From an uncultured Acidobacteriota bacterium (GTDB lineage Bacteria > Acidobacteriota > Thermoanaerobaculia > Gp7-AA8), in contig CAVUKB010000001.1 of assembly GCA_963741955.1 (NCBI GenBank), forward strand, positions 416,001 through 480,000: a DNA stretch of 64,000 nucleotides. Direction: 5' to 3'. The notes below the pieces were generated by a model, which saw only the letters and a list, made by a program, of their open reading frames with translations, ran no database searches and had not been told where the DNA came from. Shown here one piece after another: positions 26,277 through 35,483 of this stretch; position 1 is the first letter of the stretch; every line of letters begins with the position of its first letter. The position numbers and the translations under genes are program-made.

Positions 26277-28423
26277 GCCGGGAGCTCGATCTCGAACCGA
26301 GTTCCCTGCGGGTGGTTGTCGTGGACGGAGATCCGGCCGTCGTGGTCGGCGATGATGCGGTGCACGATCGCCAGACCGAGGCCGGTCCCCCGTTCCTTGG
26401 TGGAAAAATAGGGGAGGAAGAGTTTGTCCTTCTCCGAATCGGAAACTCCGCGGCCGGAGTCGCTGATCTCGATCAGCAGTCTTCCGGCCTGATGTCGCGC
26501 AGTGAGAACGATCTCTCCCCGGTCAGTCGCATCGATTGCGTTGTCGAGGAGATTGATCAGCGCGCGACGGATCTGCTCCGGATCGACGAGTGAGCGGAGC
26601 TCGGGATCGACTTCCGTCCGTACCTGCACGGCCGGTTTGACCTCGGCGTACAGGTTCGACACCTGATTGAGGATCTCCGCGATGGAAGTCTGCCGGAGAT
26701 GGATCGCGGGCATCCGCGCAAATCTGGAGAACTCTTCCACCATGCGCGCCAGCTGGCCGACCTCGTTGACGATGGTGCGGCATCCTTCGTCGACGATCCG
26801 TGCCGTTTCGGGATCGCCACCCTTGAACCGCCGCGCGATTCGTTCCGCGGAGAGCTGAATGGGGGTGAGAGGATTCTTGATCTCGTGTGCGATTCTCCGC
26901 GCCGCTTCGCTCCACGCCGCGAGCTTCTGCGCCCGGACCAGCTCGGTCGTCTCTTCGATCGCCACGACCCATCCCGCTTCGTCGGTCTCTCCCGCCATCT
27001 TCGCGACTGCAATCTCGGCGTATCGGATCTCACCGCCCCGAACGAACGTGATCTCGCGCGGCCGCGGGAGACGTTCCAGCCGCCGCAGGTAATCCAGAAG
27101 AGAGGTCAGCTCGTCCGTCAGGATCTTCTCGAGGTGCATTCCGATCACCGGTTCCCTGATCCCGAGAATCCGGACTGCGGCGCGATTCATACTCACCACT
27201 TCGTGGCGATCGTTCAACGACAGGATGCCGGTCGACACGCTGTCGAGGACGGTCGAGAGATAGTCTCTCTCTTCGTCCAGGCTTCGGTTCACGCTCTGAA
27301 GCTGAGCGTTCGATTCGGTCAGCGCCGTCCGCTGCGTGTCGAGCTGTTCGGCCATTCGATTGAACGAATCGATCAGCAGTCCGAATTCATCCGAGCCCTG
27401 AATGCTGATCCGGTGGCCGTAATCCCCCTCGGCGAGCGTGCGCGTTCCGGCTGCGAGCGCCTGGATCGGCGTGGTGATCCTCCGGGAAACGAGCATCGCG
27501 GTCCAGAGTGCACCGAACAGGAGGAAGAGAGTGACCGTCAGGAACAGCGAAGACTGCGATGCCTTCAGTGCCGGCCGCTGCGCGTCCAGCCGCTCGAAGT
27601 TCTGCTGGGCGATGATGTTCTCGTCGATCATCCTGCTGATCCGGTCCGGAATGAATACCCCTGCCATCGCCACCAGATGACGCTGCGGCGACTCCCGTAC
27701 GCTGGTCGCCCAGCGGAGCCATTTTCCGTGGGCGCCGACGTCGATCTTCTGCGCCGATCCCTTCTCTGCCACTTCATCGAAGAACCGCGACGGCGGATCC
27801 GAGATCTCCTGGACCGGTGAGCGTGGATCAGCCACCAGCCGTTCCACGACTCCCCCGTTGTAGATTCCGACCAGGTCCACGTTGTGGTAGCGGCGCACGT
27901 GCTCGAGCAGCCGGTCGAGCTGGCCCGTGCCTTGAGAGCGCAGCGAGTCGGCCAGTTCCTCCGATGCCCTTCCTGCCTCGCGCATCGCCCTCTCCTGTGC
28001 CGCTTCTGCAATCCGGTCGCTGTTCTCCAGCAGACGCTGCACCGGCATGTTGAACCACCGGTCGATCGACACCTGCAGCAGGTCGGTGGCCACGAAGAAC
28101 AGGAGGAGGATCGGGACGAGCGAGGTCGCGACGTAAGTGGCGACGAGCTTGGTCCGAAATCCGGATCCGAGGATCCCGCGCTGCCGCTCGAGCAGCAGCT
28201 TGATCAGAGTGCGCAGGAGAACGAAGAGGATCCCGAGGATGAGAATGACATTGATGTTCCAGAGAACGAACAGCAGGAGACGCGAGCTCAGAGCGTCGGG
28301 AGAAAGCTCGTTCGCGCGCTGTACGAAGTAATAAACCAGGCTGGTCGCGATGATGATCAGGAGGGGCACCGCGATGATGATCCGCGGGTCCTTCCGGTAC
28401 TGCAGCAGATCGCGCGGTTTCAT
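26273..28423 (-). CDS. ntrY: NtrY-like HAMP/PAS sensor histidine kinase
   Basis: Four TM segments, HAMP, PAS, AWSEAARRIAHEIKNPLTPIQLSAER H-box, GTGLGL. Confidence 0.88.
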   Translation of the reverse strand: MKPRDLLQYRKDPRIIIAVPLLIIIATSLVYYFVQRANELSPDALSSRLLLFVLWNINVILILGILFVLLRTLIKLLLERQRGILGSGFRTKLVATYVATSLVPILLLFFVATDLLQVSIDRWFNMPVQRLLENSDRIAEAAQERAMREAGRASEELADSLRSQGTGQLDRLLEHVRRYHNVDLVGIYNGGVVERLVADPRSPVQEISDPPSRFFDEVAEKGSAQKIDVGAHGKWLRWATSVRESPQRHLVAMAGVFIPDRISRMIDENIIAQQNFERLDAQRPALKASQSSLFLTVTLFLLFGALWTAMLVSRRITTPIQALAAGTRTLAEGDYGHRISIQGSDEFGLLIDSFNRMAEQLDTQRTALTESNAQLQSVNRSLDEERDYLSTVLDSVSTGILSLNDRHEVVSMNRAAVRILGIREPVIGMHLEKILTDELTSLLDYLRRLERLPRPREITFVRGGEIRYAEIAVAKMAGETDEAGWVVAIEETTELVRAQKLAAWSEAARRIAHEIKNPLTPIQLSAERIARRFKGGDPETARIVDEGCRTIVNEVGQLARMVEEFSRFARMPAIHLRQTSIAEILNQVSNLYAEVKPAVQVRTEVDPELRSLVDPEQIRRALINLLDNAIDATDRGEIVLTARHQAGRLLIEISDSGRGVSDSEKDKLFLPYFSTKERGTGLGLAIVHRIIADHDGRISVHDNHPQGTRFEIELPA

Positions 28424-28986
28424 CGCGAGCCGTGCGCTTCCGCGACCCGGGTCTCACGCCATCGGGTCGAGATGTCGACCGGGATCATGGAGAGGAGAAA
28501 CCCTCGTGCGACGTCGGCCCGAACGCGCACCACGTGCTTCCAGGGGCGGCGGCCGCCGAGGTCGAACAGATCGTGCTCATCGATCGAGGTCATCCGCTGG
28601 CGCAGAGCCGCGAGATCCGTGAGTGTCTCCGAGCGCACCAGCTTGTGATCGCGCCGGTAGTTCAGAAGGTACTCGCGGGTGACGGAGTTGAATGTGACGA
28701 CCACCTGAATCTCCGTCTCGCCGACAGTACTGTCGAACCAGTTCGGCCGCTGCCGGAGAAGCGTGATGTGGTAGGTGAATCCTGTCGGAAGCCCGCTCTG
28801 CAGCGCCTTCTGCAGCTCTGCCCGCTCGAAGCCGTTCTCGAGAGTGAATCGGACCGAGACCCTCCCGTTCTTCGCGCTCGCGGAGAGATGATCGATGTAC
28901 GCGTCGGCCTCAGCGAAAACGGCGGAAGAGGCGAAGAGGAAAAGGAGAGCGACAAAGGCAGGACGAAAAACCCTGGACCGGAGCAT
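28420..28986 (-). CDS. DUF4390-family periplasmic protein
   Basis: Signal peptide; ALQSGLPTGFTY...WFD...FNSVTREY pattern; typical position upstream of ntrY. Confidence 0.75.
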   Translation of the reverse strand: MLRSRVFRPAFVALLFLFASSAVFAEADAYIDHLSASAKNGRVSVRFTLENGFERAELQKALQSGLPTGFTYHITLLRQRPNWFDSTVGETEIQVVVTFNSVTREYLLNYRRDHKLVRSETLTDLAALRQRMTSIDEHDLFDLGGRRPWKHVVRVRADVARGFLLSMIPVDISTRWRETRVAEAHGSR

Positions 28987-29070
28987 CGTGTGGCATTTTT
29001 ACCACACTCCGGCTGGCTCGAGAAACTCTTTTTCCTCGGCTGCAGACTCCTCGTCAGGATGGCTGATCGG

Positions 29071-29976
29071 TCAGAACGCTCCGGAGATGGCCGGCTCGGA
29101 TGCAGGGAACGACTGGCGTTCCGGGATCTCGTCTTCGATGGACCAGGCATCCGGGTTGTCGAGGATCGCAGCGACGAGCTGAGCGTGGAGAGCGTGCCCT
29201 GCTTTGTACGCGGTGATGGCGCCTGCCATCGGCCGGCCGAGCAGCACGAGATCGCCGATCAGGTCGAGCACTTTGTGGCGGACGAATTCGTCCCGGAAGC
29301 GGAGCGGTCCGTTCACGACTTTTTCGTCGTCCAGAACCACGCAGTTCTCGATCGATCCGCCGCGGGCGAGACCGACGGCACGAAGCTGTTCGACATCGCG
29401 GAGGAATCCGTACGTCCGGGCAGGCGCAATACGGCGGACGAACTCTTCGCGATCGAGCTCGAAGTGGAAGGTCTCTTTTCCGATCACCTTGTGGGCGAAA
29501 TCGATCCGGTAGCGGATGGAGAGGCGTTCGGCCGGCTCGATCCGGATGCGCTTCTCACCAGATTGGACTTCGATCGGGCGTCTGATCCGGAGAATTCCGA
29601 CCGACCCGGCAAGCTCCCGCGTCCCTGCTGCGTCGAGCAGGTGGACGAACGGAACGGCGCTTCCGTCGAGAATCGGGACTTCGCATCCGTCGATGCGGAT
29701 CTCGAGATCGGTGATGCCGTAAGCAGCGATCGCTGAGAGGAGATGCTCGACCGTACCGATCGATACGTCATCTTTTCCGACCGTCGTCGCATAGTCGAGG
29801 GCGGTGGTCGAAGACTGGAGTGCTGGAATTCGCAGATCGTTCAGGTCGGTCCGGACGAAAACGATTCCGGTGCCCGAAATGGCGGGTCGCAGCTCGAGCC
29901 GGGTGTAAACGCCGGCGTGGAGACTGATCCCTTCGATGGCGACGGAGGTAGCGATGGTTTTTCTCTGGATACGCAT
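29071..29976 (-). CDS. lpxC: UDP-3-O-acyl-GlcNAc deacetylase LpxC
   Basis: TVEHLLSA, EVPILDGSA, IAPARTYGF, RHKVLDLIGDL, AGHALH. Confidence 0.97.
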   Translation of the reverse strand: MRIQRKTIATSVAIEGISLHAGVYTRLELRPAISGTGIVFVRTDLNDLRIPALQSSTTALDYATTVGKDDVSIGTVEHLLSAIAAYGITDLEIRIDGCEVPILDGSAVPFVHLLDAAGTRELAGSVGILRIRRPIEVQSGEKRIRIEPAERLSIRYRIDFAHKVIGKETFHFELDREEFVRRIAPARTYGFLRDVEQLRAVGLARGGSIENCVVLDDEKVVNGPLRFRDEFVRHKVLDLIGDLVLLGRPMAGAITAYKAGHALHAQLVAAILDNPDAWSIEDEIPERQSFPASEPAISGAF

Positions 29977-30005
29977 GTCCCTTCCCCAAAATCCACTCTC
30001 CGTAC

Positions 30006-30146
30006 AGCAGAGTCGATGCCATGAATGGAAACTGGCGAATGGAGCAGTAAACCATTTTGAATCAGTAGGTTACGATTTCGGTCCGTCTGTCGGGCACGAG
30101 GGTGTTGTGTCGTCTTGATGTCAGGTGTGTTGTACGGATGCAACAC
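30006..30146 (-). promoter_or_regulatory. Sigma54-type promoter with IHF-like site and upstream palindrome for lpxC
   Basis: Minus TGGCAT-CGACT-CTGCT (30006-30021); AATCAGTAGGTTA IHF-like site (30060-30072); GTGTTG-N8-CAACAC (30127-30146). Confidence 0.6.
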
Positions 30147-30379
30147 TCCCCTCGAGGGAGAGGACGCCCCGACCCGGGCAGCGGCTCCGGTCTAAAGGAG
30201 GCTCCCGGTTTAATGTGAAGGAGGCTCCCCGGTTGCTCACGCCGTTGGCCCTGATGTCTCGCGCCGTCTCGTCGCGAGACGGTGGAGGGGGCCCTCGAGC
30301 AGCGTAACGCAGCCCACAGGCCCCGATCCGGTTCCGCAGCGGAAGGGAGTGTGAGAATCCGGGTTAGAATGCGCAGCCC

Positions 30380-30853
30380 ATGGCCCGCAAGGAATCAACC
30401 GGAGAAAAGCCGGTCGCGACGAACAGGAAGGCGTACCACGAGTACCACATCCTGTCGAAACACGAGGCCGGTCTTGCGCTCACCGGAACCGAGGTCAAGT
30501 CGCTCCGGGAGGGACGGGCGAACCTGAAGGACAGTTACGTGATCTTCAAGGGGCACGAAGCGTTCCTGTTCGGCGCACACATCTCGCCGTATTCTCACGG
30601 GAACCGCGAAAATCACGACCCCGAGCGGACACGGAAGCTTCTGCTGCACCGCCGGGAGATCGAGAAACTCGCGTCGACGGTTCAGGAGAAGGGGCTGACG
30701 GTCATCCCTCTCCGCTTGTACTTCAAGGGAGGTCTTGCGAAGGCGGAGATCGCAGTGGTCAAAGGGAAGAAGCTCTACGACAAGAGGGAGACGGAGAAGA
30801 AGCGGGAAGCGGATCGGGAGACAGCGGCCGCCATCAAGGAGGGAAGGCGCTGA
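30380..30853 (+). CDS. smpB: SsrA-binding protein SmpB
   Basis: NRKAYHEY, EAGLALTGTEVKSLR, RTRKLLLH, GKKLYDKR. Confidence 0.98.
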   Translation: MARKESTGEKPVATNRKAYHEYHILSKHEAGLALTGTEVKSLREGRANLKDSYVIFKGHEAFLFGAHISPYSHGNRENHDPERTRKLLLHRREIEKLASTVQEKGLTVIPLRLYFKGGLAKAEIAVVKGKKLYDKRETEKKREADRETAAAIKEGRR

Positions 30854-31072
30854 TCCGCCGCGATCCATCTCCGCAGCAGAGACGAGGAGGCAACCCGGAC
30901 TGGCTGGCTCCCCGTCCGGCCCGATGCTACAATCCGCGCCGCTCGGCCTCCGAGAGCCTCGGGTCGCTTCGTATCGGGTTCCGGCAAGTGTAGTGTTTCG
31001 TGCAGATGCTGCGATCGGTCGGGTCCGGCGTTGACGGTTTCGACCGACTGGGATCTACTTCACATTCAGACC

Positions 31073-31918
31073 ATGGCCTGGTTCAAGAAAGAAAAGAAGC
31101 CGAAGGAGCCGGTGGAGTCGAAGACTCCAATTCCGGAAGGGCTCTGGATCAAGTGCGACGAGTGTCGCGAGATCATCTACAAGAAGGCGGTCGAGGAGAA
31201 TCTGAACGTCTGCCCGAAGTGCGGATTTCACTTCCGCCTGAGCGCGACCGAGCGGTTCAAGCTCCTCTTCGACGATGGTGAGTACCGCGAGTTCGCGACG
31301 GACATCCACTCGAATGACCCTCTGCGGTTCCGCGATACGAAGCGTTACCGCGACCGCCTGAAGGTCTACGAGTCGCGAGTCGGACCTTGGGACGCAGTCC
31401 TCTGTGCAGACGGGAAGCTGGGAGGCATTCCGGTCGTGGTCTGTGCGATGGAGTACGCGTTCATGGGGGGATCGATGGGATCAGTGGTCGGCGAGAAGAT
31501 CACTCTCGCCGCCGAGCGGTGCCTCGAGAAGAAGTGGCCGCTGATCGTCGTCTCCTGCTCGGGTGGCGCGCGGATGCAGGAAGGCATCCTCTCTCTGATG
31601 CAGATGGCGAAGATCTCCGCTGCGCTCGGCCGTCTCGGCGACGCCCGGATTCCCTTCATCTCCCTCCTGACCGATCCGACCACCGGGGGGGTGACCGCTT
31701 CCTACGCGATGCTCGGGGATCTGAACGTCGCCGAGCCGAAGGCGCTGATCGGATTCGCCGGTCCGCGGGTCATCCAGCAGACGATCCGGCAGACTCTCCC
31801 GGAAGGCTTCCAGCGTTCGGAGTTTCTCCTCGAGCACGGGATGATCGACGCGATCGCGCCGCGGTCCGAGCTCAAGAGCGTACTGGCGACGTTCCTCCAT
31901 CATTTCCACTCCGCGTGA
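31073..31918 (+). CDS. accD: Acetyl-CoA carboxylase carboxyltransferase beta subunit
   Basis: GLWIKCDEC...CPKC, GGSMGSVVGEK, SGGARMQEG, PTTGGVTAS. Confidence 0.97.
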   Translation: MAWFKKEKKPKEPVESKTPIPEGLWIKCDECREIIYKKAVEENLNVCPKCGFHFRLSATERFKLLFDDGEYREFATDIHSNDPLRFRDTKRYRDRLKVYESRVGPWDAVLCADGKLGGIPVVVCAMEYAFMGGSMGSVVGEKITLAAERCLEKKWPLIVVSCSGGARMQEGILSLMQMAKISAALGRLGDARIPFISLLTDPTTGGVTASYAMLGDLNVAEPKALIGFAGPRVIQQTIRQTLPEGFQRSEFLLEHGMIDAIAPRSELKSVLATFLHHFHSA

Positions 31919-31922
31919 TCGC

Positions 31923-33257
31923 GTGAACCGACAGCTTCGCTACCTCGATTCGCTCCAGGCGAGCGGCATCCGTCCCGGACTTCCGCGGATTCGCGCGGTG
32001 CTGCGCGAAGCAGGGTCACCGCACCGCAGCTATCCTTCGGTTCTGGTCGCCGGGACGAACGGCAAAGGCTCCACCGCCGCCACCATCGCCTCCATCGTCC
32101 GCTCCTCCGGATACCGCACCGGCTTCTACTCTTCACCGCATCTGATCGACATCCGGGAGAGATGGATGATCGATGGTGAGATGGTGCCGATGGAGATGCT
32201 CACCGGAGCAATCGATCGGATGCGCCATGCTGCGAAACGCGCGGGGATCTCGCCGACCTACTTCGAAGCTCTCACCATCATCGGCTTCATGATCTTCGAA
32301 GAGACGGGTTGTGAGCTGGCGGTTCTCGAGGTGGGAATGGGAGGACGTCTCGATGCCACCAACGTAGTCCGTCCACTCGCTTCGGTGATCACGCCGGTCG
32401 CGTTCGATCATCTTTCGTATCTCGGCACGACCCTGCGGTCGATCGCCAGGGAGAAAGCCGGAATCATTCATCGGGCCTCCATCGTCCTGACCAGCAACAC
32501 CGACCCGGTGGTGCTCGGCGTGATCGAGAAGCGCGCCCGAAGGTTCGACGCACCTCTGCACGTCCTCTCTCGTGAAGTGTCGCAACGGAATCCACAGACC
32601 GCGTCCGGCGCGCATTTCGAGCTGACCACTCCGACGGAGCGGTACCAGCTCGACTCTCCTCTCAGCGGGAATCACCAGCTCGACAACCTGTCGCTCGCAG
32701 TGCGGACGGCGGAAGAGTTGCGTCCGCACTTTTCCCGCATCACTCCCGAGAGCATTACCGGCGGGGTCCGCGACACGCGATGGCGCGGCCGTCTCGAGGC
32801 GTTCCCGGTCGGCGGGCGGACAGTCTACGTCGACGGAGCTCACAACCCCTCCGCCGCCGAGGCCGTTGCCCGTTTCGTCCGCGAACATCTCGATGCGCCG
32901 CGGACGCTCGTCTTCGGCGTGATGTCCGACAAGGCAGTGGGAGAGATCTGCGCGACGCTCTTCCCCTGCTTCGATCGCCTCGTCCTCACCCGTCCCGATT
33001 CTCCCCGTGCGGCGTCGCTCGAAGAGCTCGAGCGCGAGGCGTCGCGATACTCCATCCCGTGGCTCGGGTTCCAGCGTCCGGAAGATGCCCTCCGGAATGC
33101 GATCGCCGATGGATCCGGACCGGTCGTCGTCTGCGGCTCGCTCTACCTCGCGGGTGACGCGGTCTCCTTCCTGACGCGGATCACGGCGAGTGCGAGTGCG
33201 ACGATCAGCAGCAGTGAGGAGAGCACGCGCGCAACTTCGATCCAGCGGTTCCGCTGA
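31923..33257 (+). CDS. folC: Folylpolyglutamate synthase/dihydrofolate synthase
   Basis: AGTNGKGST, SPHL, EVGMGGRLDATNV, EKAGII, DGAHNP, VCGSLYL. Confidence 0.96.
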   Translation: MNRQLRYLDSLQASGIRPGLPRIRAVLREAGSPHRSYPSVLVAGTNGKGSTAATIASIVRSSGYRTGFYSSPHLIDIRERWMIDGEMVPMEMLTGAIDRMRHAAKRAGISPTYFEALTIIGFMIFEETGCELAVLEVGMGGRLDATNVVRPLASVITPVAFDHLSYLGTTLRSIAREKAGIIHRASIVLTSNTDPVVLGVIEKRARRFDAPLHVLSREVSQRNPQTASGAHFELTTPTERYQLDSPLSGNHQLDNLSLAVRTAEELRPHFSRITPESITGGVRDTRWRGRLEAFPVGGRTVYVDGAHNPSAAEAVARFVREHLDAPRTLVFGVMSDKAVGEICATLFPCFDRLVLTRPDSPRAASLEELEREASRYSIPWLGFQRPEDALRNAIADGSGPVVVCGSLYLAGDAVSFLTRITASASATISSSEESTRATSIQRFR

Positions 33258-35362
33258 CCGAAACGCAACTCGACCCGGTGGAGCCCGGCAGGAACGATGA
33301 TTCCGATCCGGTCGAGATCGGCAGGGAAGATCGAGAGTGAGCGCCCGCCGGCGGTGGCTCGCCAGTGTGAGAAGTACGTCTGATTCACGAGCACGACGGC
33401 CGGCGTCCGGGATGTCACGTCGGCGACGATCGATTGCCCCTCGATACGAGCAGCGCCGATTCGCGTCGGCCCGGGTCCACTCTTTCCGACCACCCAGCCG
33501 GGCACTACGGCGGTGCGGAGCGGATCGAACTCTTTTGATTCGACGGTCCGAATCACATCCTGGACCGACCGCGCAGGTACGAGCTCTCTCGGGACGTGCA
33601 CCAGAGGGAGGGGATCGGGGATGGTGAAGAGCCGGATCGCGTTTCCTTCGATCGTCTCGGTGCCCGCTCGTTCGAGCAGGTTTGCGAACCGATCGTCGTT
33701 GGCGATCATCGTTCCGCAGCCTTCGACTCGTGCCCACGCGACTGCGACCGCGGGAGGCGCCTGTACGACGCGTTCGAGAGTGACCCGGGAGAGGAACGAG
33801 TACATGCCGGCCGGAGAAGAGTCGAGTCCGTACGCGACACCGAACGGGATTCCGAACAGCGGGTCGATCGTGCGCGCTGCGAGCCGGTACGCCTCCCGCG
33901 CGTGAGATTGGGGACGAGCGGGCTCTCCTCCCACTCTTCTCCAGATTCGCAGAGAGCCGGTGGCCGCGCGCACCAGTCTCGCGTCGGGCTTGTACGCGCC
34001 GTACAGGTCCAGCGGAAGCTCCCGCGCGAACCAGAAGGCCATCGGAACCAGTGTGAGGGCGACCATCGCGTTCCGCGCGCGGATGCTGACGTGCTGCCGG
34101 AGTGAAAGGAGAAGGACGGCGACCGCGATCGCCGTACCGGCGGCGATTCTTTCGAGGACTGCGGAGTCGCCCCGCATGGTGAGGGCAACCATCGCGGAGA
34201 GCAGCACGACTGCCGCCGTGGAGACGAGAGGAACCACCATTCCTCCTCGTGGCAACTCCCGCCGTGACATCCAGACCGCGACCAGAACGAGTGCGATCAC
34301 CGTCAGCTGGATCGCGAACTTTTCCGGATAGCGGAGGATACGAACAAGCTCGAGCCGGGACGCCAGCGCGACGAAGAGGGGATTGAATCTCCCCAGCGCG
34401 AAGAAGGCGAGTGCGGCGAAGGCCCCCTGGAACCGGAGCATCCGGCGATCCCTGACGAAGAGAGCGGGGAGGATCAGCGCGCCCAGGAAGATCGAAGGAA
34501 AGAAAGGGGGCCACTTCTGGAGAGGCGCCCAATGGTATCCGCCCGGTCCGAGCTCCAGAATCACGCCACGGAATGGGCCGATTACCAGCTCCAGGAATCT
34601 CTCGGGCGAGAGGGACGCGGCGAATACGGTTTCCAGGGAGTAGGGGAACCTGGCCCGCTGAATCTCGCCGGAGATCTCCGAATACGCGATCAGCAGAGGA
34701 GAGGCGACGGCGAAGGAGAGCGCCACCGCGCCCGCGCCCGCAAGCCAATGTCGTCGCTCGATCCGTCCGAGTGTCATCAGGAGCGAGACCACCACCGTCC
34801 CGATGATGGTCACCGGCTCTCCCGCGAGCGCCAGCAGCCCATACGCCGATCCGAGCATGAAGAGCGTCCGTGGCCCGGGTGACTTCAGAATCCGCTCCGT
34901 CGCCAGTAACGCCAGCGGGACCAGAGCGAACGCGGTGATGAGGTTGTAGAACATCATCAGCGAGGTCGAGATGCCGCTCAGAAGGTACATCGATGCGACC
35001 ATCGCTGCGGTCCGTCGGTCGTCGACGAATTCCAGCACCAGCCGTCTGAGCGCGACCACCCCGAGGAAGAGATGCAGGAAGAAATGGAGGTTGAACGCGA
35101 CGTGGGACGGGAGGAAGAGATAGAGGACCCAGTCGGGATAGAAGGTGAGGGTATTCGGATCTCCGGCGAGAGGCTGGCCGCCGCCCGCCTGGAAGTTCCA
35201 TGTCGGCAGTTCCCCGGACCGGAAGGACGAGGCAGCGAGAGACTCGAGAGGAAAGTGGGTCGCGAAGTTGTCCCGGTAGAAGAAGAAGAGCGGAAAACTG
35301 AGTGCGACGAGGAGAGCGAGGACGCCAGCGATGCTCCCGATCTTCGCGGCGGTCGTTTTCAT
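33143..35362 (-). CDS. YfhO-like GT-C membrane glycosyltransferase (1)
   Basis: RDNFATHFP...GELPTWNFQAGGGQPLAGDPNTLTFYP, RYPEKF, many TMs, C-terminal YFSHWRA...VPAGLHRVELRF. Confidence 0.82.
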   Translation of the reverse strand: MKTTAAKIGSIAGVLALLVALSFPLFFFYRDNFATHFPLESLAASSFRSGELPTWNFQAGGGQPLAGDPNTLTFYPDWVLYLFLPSHVAFNLHFFLHLFLGVVALRRLVLEFVDDRRTAAMVASMYLLSGISTSLMMFYNLITAFALVPLALLATERILKSPGPRTLFMLGSAYGLLALAGEPVTIIGTVVVSLLMTLGRIERRHWLAGAGAVALSFAVASPLLIAYSEISGEIQRARFPYSLETVFAASLSPERFLELVIGPFRGVILELGPGGYHWAPLQKWPPFFPSIFLGALILPALFVRDRRMLRFQGAFAALAFFALGRFNPLFVALASRLELVRILRYPEKFAIQLTVIALVLVAVWMSRRELPRGGMVVPLVSTAAVVLLSAMVALTMRGDSAVLERIAAGTAIAVAVLLLSLRQHVSIRARNAMVALTLVPMAFWFARELPLDLYGAYKPDARLVRAATGSLRIWRRVGGEPARPQSHAREAYRLAARTIDPLFGIPFGVAYGLDSSPAGMYSFLSRVTLERVVQAPPAVAVAWARVEGCGTMIANDDRFANLLERAGTETIEGNAIRLFTIPDPLPLVHVPRELVPARSVQDVIRTVESKEFDPLRTAVVPGWVVGKSGPGPTRIGAARIEGQSIVADVTSRTPAVVLVNQTYFSHWRATAGGRSLSIFPADLDRIGIIVPAGLHRVELRFGQRNRWIEVARVLSSLLLIVALALAVIRVRKETASPAR

Positions 35363-35483
35363 TGAGCGTTCATAACACAACCGCCACCCGTTTTTGATAC
35401 GCTGCTCACACTCCGTTCACGGGCGGAGAGAATCGGGCCGTCTGCCCGCATCATTCGGCGGGCCGGTCGCTGGAGGAACGAGC

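Noticed and set aside
29977-31072. tmRNA (ssrA) or RNase P RNA flanking smpB
   Set aside because: No GGGG..-start/T-arm-CCA tmRNA ends; AGAATCCGGGTTA resembles the RNase P 3' motif but the GAGGAAAGTCC partner is absent
32133-35201. 1022-aa alternative-frame ORF and other long shadow ORFs (e.g. 36867-38669, 48704-50485, 21642-23243, 8312-9718)
   Set aside because: They overlap well-supported genes, are mostly Arg/Gly/Pro-rich and carry no motifs; expected artefacts of high GC
35400-35483. Glycine or ZTP riboswitch upstream of glyA
   Set aside because: GC-rich hairpins are present but the conserved cores (CGCCGAAG/CTCTCAGG; GACTGGCG/CGCCTGGG) are missing
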